Source: a bacterium
GTDB lineage: Bacteria > UBA10199 > 2-02-FULL-44-16 > JAAZCA01
Assembly: GCA_021810905.1 (NCBI GenBank)
Contig: JAJZQH010000014.1
Location: 12,369-76,368, forward strand
DNA: 64,000 nt
Reading direction: 5' to 3'
The position numbers and the translations under genes were made by a program. The notes under the pieces were generated by a model, which had not been told where the DNA came from, searched no databases, and worked only from the letters and a program-made list of their open reading frames with translations. The stretch's first letter is position 1. Each line of letters begins with the position of its first letter. This document shows positions 1 to 7,822 of this stretch, piece after piece.

Positions 1-248
1 GCCGTGATGATGATGATCTTGATGTTCGGGCGGCTCGCGCGAACTCGCCGCAGGACCTCCATGCCGTCCATGCCGGGCATCTTCAAGTCCAGCAGGATGA
101 GCTCGAACTGTTTTTCTCCGAGTTTCGCGAGCGCCTCTTCGCCGTCGGCCGCTGTTGCTATCTCAAACTCGAGCGGTTCCAGCGCCTGCGCGAGCGTCAA
201 TCGGACGTTCTTCTCGTCATCCACGATCAATATCGGTCTGGCTTTCAT
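1..248 (-). CDS. Response regulator receiver domain, runs off the window edge (partial)
   Basis: Read by hand on the minus strand: MKARPILIVDDEKNVRLTLAQAL...ILLDLKMPGMDG after a GGGAGG SD; overlaps the end of the kinase. Confidence 0.9.
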   Translation of the reverse strand, partial: MKARPILIVDDEKNVRLTLAQALEPLEFEIATAADGEEALAKLGEKQFELILLDLKMPGMDGMEVLRRVRASRPNIKIIIIT

Positions 249-2091
249 CTTCATCCTCCCTGTTTTGCCGCGCCTTCGGCAGAGTCAACGTGAACGTGCT
301 GCCCTTGCCGGGCATAGAGTCTACCCAGATCGTTCCCTTGTGAGCGCGGACGATCTCCCTGCAGATCGCGAGTCCCAGCCCGGTCCCGCCCACGCTCTTC
401 TCGCTCTTGAGCTGCACGAATTTCTCGAAGATGCGGCTCTGATACTCGGGCGGAATTCCTTCGCCATCGTCGGTGACCGACAGGTGCACCCACTGGCCTG
501 CAAGGCGGGCAGACACGGTGATGCTGCTGTCGGCGTAGCGAATCGCGTTGGTGATGAGGTTGGTCAGCACCCATGTGATCTTGTTGACGTCGGCGCGCAC
601 GTCGGGAATGCCGTCTGGCACGTTTGTCACAAGAGCGATCTTTTTTTCTTCTGCCCGGGCTTTGCAGATGTCGACCGCCTTGTCGGCAAGCATATTCGGC
701 GACACCTGATCGAAATCCATCTCCACTTTGCCCGATTCGATTCTGGACAGATCCAGCAGGTCGCCCACCAGGCTTCTGAGCCGCAGCACTTCCTCGTGCG
801 CGACTGCAAGGAGTTCTTTCTGCTTATCGTCCAATTTTTCGGCAGCGCCTTCCCGGAGAAGGTCGATGCTCATGCCCAGGCTGTGGAGCGGCGTCTTGAG
901 TTCGTGAGAAGCCGTCATCACGAACTCGCTCTTCATCCGGTCGAGTTCCTTGAGCCTCGTGACGTCGCGGAGCAACAGGACCACGCCCATCATTTCTCCG
1001 CCTTTGGAGACTACCGGAGTGATGCCGAACAGATAATGGCGGGCCGACTCGCCTTCGCCTATGGAGAGGATGCTGCTTCCCTCGTCGATCTTCGGCGGAC
1101 GGCCGGATTCGGCGGTCTGCTTGATCAGCTCGAAAAGCCGCTCGTCCTTGACGACTTCCAGGAAGTGTTTCCCCAGGGCTGCCTCGGAATCCACGCCCAG
1201 AATATGCCCGGCCTGGGGGTTGATGTTCGCGACGCGAAATCCGGCGTCGACGACCACCACGCCGTCATCTATGCTGCGCAGCACGGCGTCGCTCTTGTGC
1301 TTCTCGGCCACGATCTGCTCGACGTCGAGGCGGTGGTAGATGCCGAGCTTGCGGGCCATCGTGTTGAAACTTTCGGCCAGGCGGCCGAGTTCATCCGATC
1401 CGACGTCAGGCACCTGCACTTCGTAGTCGCCCTCTGCCAGCGCCCTTGTGCTCTCCATCATCCGGCGGATCGGCCGCACGAGGCGTTTGCTGAGCAACAG
1501 GCTGAAGAGCAGCCCGAGCCCAATGGCAGCTGCGCTCACGGCCGCGGTCGACCAGATGGCGGTACGGGCGACCGTCCGCGCGCGGCTGCTGGCGGCGAAC
1601 ATAGTGTCCTGATTGATCTCGCGGAGTCGCACCGCATTGTCGCGGACGTTTTTGAAGGAGGGAAATATCGTATCGTGGTAGAAATTGCCGGCCTGCTGCG
1701 AAGAAGAAACTCCCATTTCATGGAGTCTGGAGAAATTGAGCAGATAGGCCGAATAGTTCGTTTCGATGGAGTGGACGATTTTTTCTTCGCCGGGGATCGT
1801 GATATTGTCTTTGGCCCGGTTGAGCCACTGGAGGAAGAGGCTCTCGTTCTCGTGAAACTGGACGGCGCCTTTTTCGTCGTAGCCCAGCAACACAAGCAGA
1901 GTGGCGCTGTCCTGACGCTCTATCGCGTCGATCATGGATTCGGCGGCCAGGATGCTCTTGTAATTTTCACGCAGGATGGCGTCGCTGGCCTGGCCCAGGT
2001 GGACGAGGTTCAGCATTGCCCACGAAAGCACGATCAGCATCAGCGCCAGGGCGATTCCGTAGCCGATCAGGATTTTTTTGCGAAGCAACAT
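217..2091 (-). CDS. Sensor histidine kinase (TM, HAMP, PAS, HisKA, HATPase; KinB-like architecture)
   Basis: ASHELKTPL H-box, NLITNAIRY N-box, DDGEG and GGTGLGLAI G-boxes, two TM helices. Confidence 0.93.
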   Translation of the reverse strand: MLLRKKILIGYGIALALMLIVLSWAMLNLVHLGQASDAILRENYKSILAAESMIDAIERQDSATLLVLLGYDEKGAVQFHENESLFLQWLNRAKDNITIPGEEKIVHSIETNYSAYLLNFSRLHEMGVSSSQQAGNFYHDTIFPSFKNVRDNAVRLREINQDTMFAASSRARTVARTAIWSTAAVSAAAIGLGLLFSLLLSKRLVRPIRRMMESTRALAEGDYEVQVPDVGSDELGRLAESFNTMARKLGIYHRLDVEQIVAEKHKSDAVLRSIDDGVVVVDAGFRVANINPQAGHILGVDSEAALGKHFLEVVKDERLFELIKQTAESGRPPKIDEGSSILSIGEGESARHYLFGITPVVSKGGEMMGVVLLLRDVTRLKELDRMKSEFVMTASHELKTPLHSLGMSIDLLREGAAEKLDDKQKELLAVAHEEVLRLRSLVGDLLDLSRIESGKVEMDFDQVSPNMLADKAVDICKARAEEKKIALVTNVPDGIPDVRADVNKITWVLTNLITNAIRYADSSITVSARLAGQWVHLSVTDDGEGIPPEYQSRIFEKFVQLKSEKSVGGTGLGLAICREIVRAHKGTIWVDSMPGKGSTFTLTLPKARQNREDEDESQTDIDRG

Positions 2092-2121
2092 TGAGCATCC
2101 CGAAAGTTATCGAGCAGAATC

Positions 2122-3531
2122 TCACACCTTCAGCACCTTCATCATATTGGTTGCGCCAGCGGCGGTTGCGGTGCCGCATACGATCACGATGTGGTCGCCG
2201 GGCCTTGCAAGTTTTTCTTTCTTCATGGCCGCAACTCCCGCCTCGATCATCGTCTCGATGGAGCGCCATGGGCGTATCTTGAGCGGCGTGACGCCCCAGT
2301 AGAACGCGGTGCGCCTCGCGGCGTCGTCGCTGGCCGTGATCGCCACGATATCGACAGACGGCCGCTGCGAGCTCACCATGCGCGCGGAACTGCCGGTCAT
2401 CGTGAAGACGAGGATCGCCTTTGCCCGCGCCTCCTCGGCTGCAAAGCACGCGGCGCGCGCGGTGGCCATGGCGACCGTGTCGTCGTTTTCATCTGGAAGA
2501 TAGGCGCGCCGGGGGATGTAGATGCTCGACTCCGAGGCCTCAGCGATGCGCGCCATGGTCGCTACCACGTTCGTCGGGTCGCAGCCGACCGAAGTCTCCT
2601 CGGAGAGCATCACGGCATCTGTGCCCTCGAAGACCGCGTTCGATACGTCAGTGACTTCGGCGCGCGTGGGCCTCGATTCCTGCACCATGCTCTCCAGCAT
2701 CTGCGTGGCCACGATCACCGGTTTGCGCCAGGCCGCGCACGTGTCGATGATCCTGCGCTGCAGGATCGGCACCTGTTCGATCGGCGTCTCCACCCCGAGG
2801 TCACCGCGCGCCACCATCACGCCGTCCGCCACGGCCACAATCTCGCTCAAGCGCGCGACTGCGACGCCGCGTTCGATCTTCGCCACAATTGGGACGGTTC
2901 GCCCGGCGCTCTTCATTATTGAACGCACGCGGAGGATATCGGAAGGCGATTGCACAAAGGAGACGCCGATGGAATCCACGCCGTGTTCGAGTGCAAAGCG
3001 CAGGTCGCTCTCGTCTTTTTTTGTGATCGCGCTCGTGGAGAGCGCCACGTCCGGCAGATTGATCCCCTTGTGATCGTGCAGCGCGCCGCCGTCGGTCACC
3101 CTGGCCGTGATTTTCCCGCGCGATACGGACTTCACTTGCACGGAGATCTTGCCGTCGTCGATGAGGATGCGTTGCCCCGCTTTCACGTCGTCCGCGAGTT
3201 TCGGGTACGTGACGGGTATTTCATCCCTTTGTGCAGAACCATCCGGCGCGAACGTGACGAGATCGCCACGCTTTAAGTCCATAGGGGCGCCGCCGGGCAT
3301 CGCGCCCGTGCGGATCTTGGGGCCGCCCAGATCGGCGTGAATAGCTATCGGCCTGCCGGCCTTCTTCTCAGCCTCTCGGATATTGGCGATCGTCGCAGTA
3401 TGCTCGTCATATGAACCGTGCGAGAAATTGAGCCGCGCCGCGTCCATCCCAACGCGCATCATCTTTTCGAGCGTCTTGACGCCTGCTGAAGCCGGCCCGA
3501 TAGTCGCGAGGATTTTCGTATGTTTTTTCAT
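2122..3531 (-). CDS. pyk: Pyruvate kinase
   Basis: TKILATIGPAS, ARLNFSHG, VMVARGDLGVE, ATQMLESM; start moved to ATG 3531. Confidence 0.97.
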   Translation of the reverse strand: MKKHTKILATIGPASAGVKTLEKMMRVGMDAARLNFSHGSYDEHTATIANIREAEKKAGRPIAIHADLGGPKIRTGAMPGGAPMDLKRGDLVTFAPDGSAQRDEIPVTYPKLADDVKAGQRILIDDGKISVQVKSVSRGKITARVTDGGALHDHKGINLPDVALSTSAITKKDESDLRFALEHGVDSIGVSFVQSPSDILRVRSIMKSAGRTVPIVAKIERGVAVARLSEIVAVADGVMVARGDLGVETPIEQVPILQRRIIDTCAAWRKPVIVATQMLESMVQESRPTRAEVTDVSNAVFEGTDAVMLSEETSVGCDPTNVVATMARIAEASESSIYIPRRAYLPDENDDTVAMATARAACFAAEEARAKAILVFTMTGSSARMVSSQRPSVDIVAITASDDAARRTAFYWGVTPLKIRPWRSIETMIEAGVAAMKKEKLARPGDHIVIVCGTATAAGATNMMKVLKV

Positions 3532-3649
3532 GTGGGGAAAATATCGCATATCTACGATCATTGCATCGAAAAATTAGGAAGTCGCATAGGATAATTTGAT
3601 GCCATCAGTTCGCCGATCGTGTATATACGAGGCAACAAAGGGGGCCATT

Positions 3650-3874
3650 ATGATGAAAAACGTCGGCAATACGGATAAGTTGTTGCGCGTGATTCTCGGA
3701 CTTGCGATCTTCTATCTGGGCTACACATACAAGAGCTGGTGGGGTCTCGTGGGCTTCGCTCCGATCCTCACCGCTGTTTTCAGTTTCTGCCCAGCCTATG
3801 CGCTCTTCAAGATAAACACCTGCTGCAAGAAGGGCGAAGGCCAAGGAAAGGGCGGATGCTGCTGCGGAGGCTGA
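3650..3874 (+). CDS. DUF2892 (YgaP-like) small membrane protein with Cys-rich tail
   Basis: MKNVGNTDKLLRVILG...FCPAYALFKINTC pattern. Confidence 0.85.
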   Translation: MMKNVGNTDKLLRVILGLAIFYLGYTYKSWWGLVGFAPILTAVFSFCPAYALFKINTCCKKGEGQGKGGCCCGG

Positions 3875-3875
3875 T

Positions 3876-4772
3876 GTGGGTTTCAAGGCAGGGTACGTCG
3901 CGATAATCGGCAGGCCGAACGTGGGCAAGTCCACGCTGCTCAACGCCATCCTCGGCGAGCGGCTAGCCATAGTTACGCCCAAGCCGCAGACTACGCGTCA
4001 CCGCATCGTGGGGATTCTCAACGAGCCGGACGTGCAGGTCGTCTTTCTGGACACGCCCGGCTATCATCGTTCCGACAAACCGCTCAATCAGGCGATGAAC
4101 GAGATCGTAGATATGGTCATCCACGACGCGGACGTGGTCTGCCTCATGCTCGACGCATCGTCCAGCGACCTGCGCATCGAGCGCGGGCTCTTCGATCGCA
4201 TAGGCAGGGATCGCTGCATCCTCGTCGCCAACAAATCCGACCTCGTCGATCGCAAGAAGTTCGACGAGATCGCGCACCGCTTCCGCGACGATTGGAACGC
4301 GAACGAGATGGTCTTTCTCTCGGCGCTAAGGAACGAGGGCGTTCGCACGCTCATCGACGCGATCACCGCGCGCATGCCCGAGGGCGAGGCTTTTTTCCCT
4401 GACGACATCTACACGAGCCATCCCGTGCGCTTCATAGCGGCCGAACTCATCCGCGAGCAGCTCTTTTTGCAGATGCACCAGGAGATTCCTTATTCCACTG
4501 CGGTGGAGATAGAGGAATTCAAGGACGCCACCGAGAACGATCCGATAACGCGCATCAAAGCGTCGATCGTCGTTGAGAAGGAGTCGCAGAAGGCGATGGT
4601 GATAGGAAAGGGCGGCACGCGCATCCGCGAGATCGGCACCCGCGCGCGCAAGGCGATCGAGGAGCTGGTGGGCGGCAAGGTCTTCCTCGACCTCAACGTG
4701 AGGGTGGAGAAGGACTGGACCAAAGACCCCGACGCCATCCGCCGCCTGGGTTACTCATCACAGATGGAGTGA
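3876..4772 (+). CDS. era: GTPase Era
   Basis: GRPNVGKSTL, PQTTRH, DTPG, NKSD, C-terminal KH domain (VIGKGG). Confidence 0.97.
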   Translation: MGFKAGYVAIIGRPNVGKSTLLNAILGERLAIVTPKPQTTRHRIVGILNEPDVQVVFLDTPGYHRSDKPLNQAMNEIVDMVIHDADVVCLMLDASSSDLRIERGLFDRIGRDRCILVANKSDLVDRKKFDEIAHRFRDDWNANEMVFLSALRNEGVRTLIDAITARMPEGEAFFPDDIYTSHPVRFIAAELIREQLFLQMHQEIPYSTAVEIEEFKDATENDPITRIKASIVVEKESQKAMVIGKGGTRIREIGTRARKAIEELVGGKVFLDLNVRVEKDWTKDPDAIRRLGYSSQME

Positions 4773-4800
4773 CCCCGTATGATCGATGTCGCAGAGCGCC

Positions 4801-5883
4801 TCAAGGTTTTTCCCGCGGCTCCAAAATCGTAACGCCCGCGCGGATATTTTCCTGCGATTTGAGGTAGGGGAGCAGGGGTTCTTCGATCACCGCGTTTGCG
4901 CGCGATGAGGCGTGCCGAAGCATCGGCTCGCCGCGCGAGCCGTCCTTTTGTACTGGTACGAGCAGCAGGCCCATGTGCGCCACCATCACGCCGAACTTCT
5001 TTGCAGCCTCTTCTTTCCGGAGAAAGACCGCAATCGAGACCTCCGGCAACATGTCGATGAGCGAGGAGTTGAGTTCGTCGGCTTCGGGACAGTCCCCGAA
5101 GAAGGCGGACAGCGGGAGGAAATCGAGCACGACCTGCTGCGGGCCGCCAAGCCCCAGTTCCGCGAGTTCCATTCGCGCCGTGCTCTTTTCGCACTGAGAG
5201 AGATTTTCTTTATTGTCGATCCAACCGGCCCTGTCTATCGGCATGTCCATGGTGCCTGCCAGCTCGCCCCCGATTCCAACCGTGATATCGCGCAGAAAAC
5301 CGTTCCCCGAGTTTTCATCTATCCAGTCGGCCTCCACAAAGTGGTTGCGAAGCCCGTAGGTGCCGACTCCGCCGTGGTAGCGGATGCTCTGGAGCGTGCC
5401 CAGGAACGTGTCGAATGAGGTGGCATGCGACATGGCGAGCACCTCCTCCACGTACGTCATGCAGTCGAGCGCGTCGAAGCGGAACATGGGGTCCTGGTCC
5501 ACAAGCCCCGCGTTTCCTTCTCCCAGCGGATCGAGCTTATAAGGTGTGCCGAGGAAGCGGCGGCTGACGCATTCGAGCCTTTGCGCGAGCGGCATACTGC
5601 GCAACTGCGAGAGGATCGCCTGAAAAGTATTGTCCTCAGGGACAAAGGCGTTCTGGCCGGGCATCGGTGCGCACGGGTCGGGCGGCAGGGCCGCAAAGGA
5701 AGTCGCATTTTGAGGAGGCAGCGGTTGCTCGCATACTGGAAGGGGCTCAATCGGCACATATATAATAGATGAAGGATCGGCCACACAGACCGGCTCTTCC
5801 TCGGGTGTCATGCAAGCAGCGGGGGACGGCGAAGAGACGCAATAATTCCTGACTTCAGCGCTTAATTGTTCGCGGTGCGACAT
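4801..5883 (-). CDS. DUF1460 (NlpC/P60-like N-acetylmuramoyl-L-alanine amidase) with Pro/Cys-rich N-terminal extension
   Basis: FLGTPY..LGEG, FDALDCMTYVEEVLA, RNHF, AHMG, RHASS. Confidence 0.85.
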   Translation of the reverse strand: MSHREQLSAEVRNYCVSSPSPAACMTPEEEPVCVADPSSIIYVPIEPLPVCEQPLPPQNATSFAALPPDPCAPMPGQNAFVPEDNTFQAILSQLRSMPLAQRLECVSRRFLGTPYKLDPLGEGNAGLVDQDPMFRFDALDCMTYVEEVLAMSHATSFDTFLGTLQSIRYHGGVGTYGLRNHFVEADWIDENSGNGFLRDITVGIGGELAGTMDMPIDRAGWIDNKENLSQCEKSTARMELAELGLGGPQQVVLDFLPLSAFFGDCPEADELNSSLIDMLPEVSIAVFLRKEEAAKKFGVMVAHMGLLLVPVQKDGSRGEPMLRHASSRANAVIEEPLLPYLKSQENIRAGVTILEPREKP

Positions 5884-5900
5884 GAAATGACCTCTATTAG

Positions 5901-5927
5901 TTATCGGCAGTCAGCGGAAAAAGTTGC
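5901..5927 (-). promoter_or_regulatory. GCAACT-N13-GCCGATAA motif, site 1
   Basis: GCAACT TTTTCCGCTGACT GCCGATAA, 17 nt upstream of the DUF1460 ATG. Confidence 0.8.
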
Positions 5928-6038
5928 AATGAAAATTTTTTATCATGAAAACCGTTGAATTATCAGGCAGATGATCCTGTCGCATTCGTGAGATCGTCGA
6001 TTGCAGAATCCATTGGCAGATGCTATCTGCGGTGCCCT

Positions 6039-7205
6039 ATGAAGAATACGCGAAATCGATTTGTCTTCAGCGCGGCATGGACCGTCGCTGGGATCATGGT
6101 TCTGGCCCTGTCTTTTACCGCCGCTTCCGCCTCTGCGCGTGACAAAGGTGGTTCCGGCGACGTGATAAATTATTCTTGGGCTTCCAGCAGGATCGAAGGC
6201 GAGCTCTGGGGGCTGGCACAGGGAAACCTGGATAACGACGGCTCCGCTGATACTGTGCTGCTCGAGCGCAAGCGCGTTCGCATCGGGAAAATCGGGGAGA
6301 AGGGCTTTGAGGAGCGATTCTCGTGCGGATGGAAAGAGGACGCGGCCGCGGCGCGCGCGTATCTGATCGATGTCGATGGTGATGGAAAAGACGAGATCGC
6401 AATATCCGCGGTAGAGGAGGGGATGCCCTCGTCGCTCGTGCTTGCGGTCGACGCGGACGCAAAGAAATGCAGCGAGCTCGTCTCGCGCGCGAGATGGTCG
6501 ATTCGCGCTGTGGCGCTGCCTGCTGAAGGCGCGGACACGGGGCCTGCCAGGCGCGTACTCGCCGGCCAGGCGTGGAGTTCGCAGAAATATTTCAGCGGCC
6601 CTATCGTGGAACTCGCGCTTAAGAAGGACAAGCTGGTCAGGCAGCGTGATATCGAGCTGCCGCACTTTACCGATCTTTATCAGTTCACGATCCTGCCGCC
6701 GGAGAACGGCGCTGAGCGGGTGCTCAGGCTCGCCGGCTATTCGGCAATGGAGCTTAGGGAGCACAAGGGCGGCGGCAAGTGGCGCAAGATCTGGCGCTCC
6801 GGCGACAAGCTCGGCGGGGCCGCGAATCTCCTTCCAGCCGTGCAGCGGCCCGCGCTCGATGAGGTGTCGAGCGACTACGCATATTTTGACCTGCCGCCGC
6901 TGACCCTCAAACAGGCCGATGGAGTGCACGCTCTGGCGGTCAAATACGACCTGCCGCTGCGCAACGTGATCGGAAGGACGCCGTACGCCAGGGGTGCAGA
7001 GACGGTGATGTTCAAACCAGATCCAGCGCTCACGTACATAGAAGAGAAGCGGACCCAGGACCTGCCAGGCCCGATCATGGATTACTTCATCGCAGCGCCG
7101 GCCGACTCCGCAGGCAAGGTCAGGCTTTATGTACTGGTACAGCAGGACGCAGGAGCCTTCATCAACTCCACCGAGGCATCGATACTCGCGTTCGATCTGA
7201 ACTAG
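6039..7205 (+). CDS. Exported FG-GAP/VCBS-repeat protein
   Basis: Signal peptide ending ASASA; GNLDNDGSAD and IDVDGDGKDEI Ca-binding loops. Confidence 0.75.
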   Translation: MKNTRNRFVFSAAWTVAGIMVLALSFTAASASARDKGGSGDVINYSWASSRIEGELWGLAQGNLDNDGSADTVLLERKRVRIGKIGEKGFEERFSCGWKEDAAAARAYLIDVDGDGKDEIAISAVEEGMPSSLVLAVDADAKKCSELVSRARWSIRAVALPAEGADTGPARRVLAGQAWSSQKYFSGPIVELALKKDKLVRQRDIELPHFTDLYQFTILPPENGAERVLRLAGYSAMELREHKGGGKWRKIWRSGDKLGGAANLLPAVQRPALDEVSSDYAYFDLPPLTLKQADGVHALAVKYDLPLRNVIGRTPYARGAETVMFKPDPALTYIEEKRTQDLPGPIMDYFIAAPADSAGKVRLYVLVQQDAGAFINSTEASILAFDLN

Positions 7206-7206
7206 G

Positions 7207-7433
7207 CACAACACATGAGGATCATGGTTTCGGGTCCTGTCGCCGGCCACCCCCATTTGTGACCTTCCGATAGGATTGTTGTACAATGCTGAAATGCCGC
7301 AGCGTGGGTTCCGCGCTGCGGCCGGCATCGCCGCATCTATCACAACTTTATGCGGGCATCGAAGGCGGCTGCTGGCGTCAAATGGGGGTCCCCCGTCCAG
7401 CGCCACCCAAAACCATGATCCTCATGTGTTGTG
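7207..7433 (+). ncRNA. Unassigned rod-like hairpin 1 (candidate structured RNA)
   Basis: 24-bp perfect inverted repeat 7207-7230/7410-7433 plus nested stems up to a GC-rich apex. Confidence 0.5.
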
Positions 7434-7467
7434 ACAGTTGCACTGATGAATTCCCTAGGTTGCCGAA

Positions 7468-7812
7468 ACGTTATGAACGGAGTCAACCTTACGTTTGGCA
7501 CTTGAGCGGTGCAGCTATTCGGCCTGGAGTTTATTGGCGGGCATCGCGTAGAGAGCCGTCTTTGTCGGCGAGCGGTTGCCGGTCGTGCCAGAGTAGAAGC
7601 CCGGGTTGCACGACGCCGAGGCTGTTCGAGCCTGCGAAAGCGGTTTTTTTTAGAGGTAAAGACTTCTTTTGCTTTCGCAGGCGAGTTCCGAGGCGAGGCA
7701 ACCCGAGTCCGTTACAAAGACGTGCGAACGGAGCGCCGCCCGACGATAAACTCCAGGCCGAATAGCTGCACCGCCTTGGTGCCAATCTGCGTGTTGACTT
7801 CGTTCATAACGT
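7468..7812 (+). ncRNA. Unassigned rod-like hairpin 2 (candidate structured RNA)
   Basis: 20-bp basal stem with one G-U pair, 29-bp perfect stem 7506-7534/7746-7774, further nested stems. Confidence 0.5.
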
Positions 7813-7822
7813 CTCGCCGCGC

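Noticed and set aside
4..2094. 696-aa + strand ORF and other long antisense ORFs (for example 5943-7406, 25286-26275, 43758-44981, 46921-48165)
   Set aside because: Shadows of well-supported genes on the opposite strand in GC-rich DNA
7207..7433. 6S RNA assignment for hairpin 1
   Set aside because: Shape is compatible, but the usual zapA/ygfA context is absent, I recognise no 6S sequence motifs and it abuts a stop codon; left unassigned
7443..7813. Hammerhead-like core: CTGATGA (7443), GAAAC (7465) and GTC at the base of hairpin 2
   Set aside because: Stem III and the GUC triplet fit, but stems I and II cannot be paired convincingly, so it is not called a ribozyme
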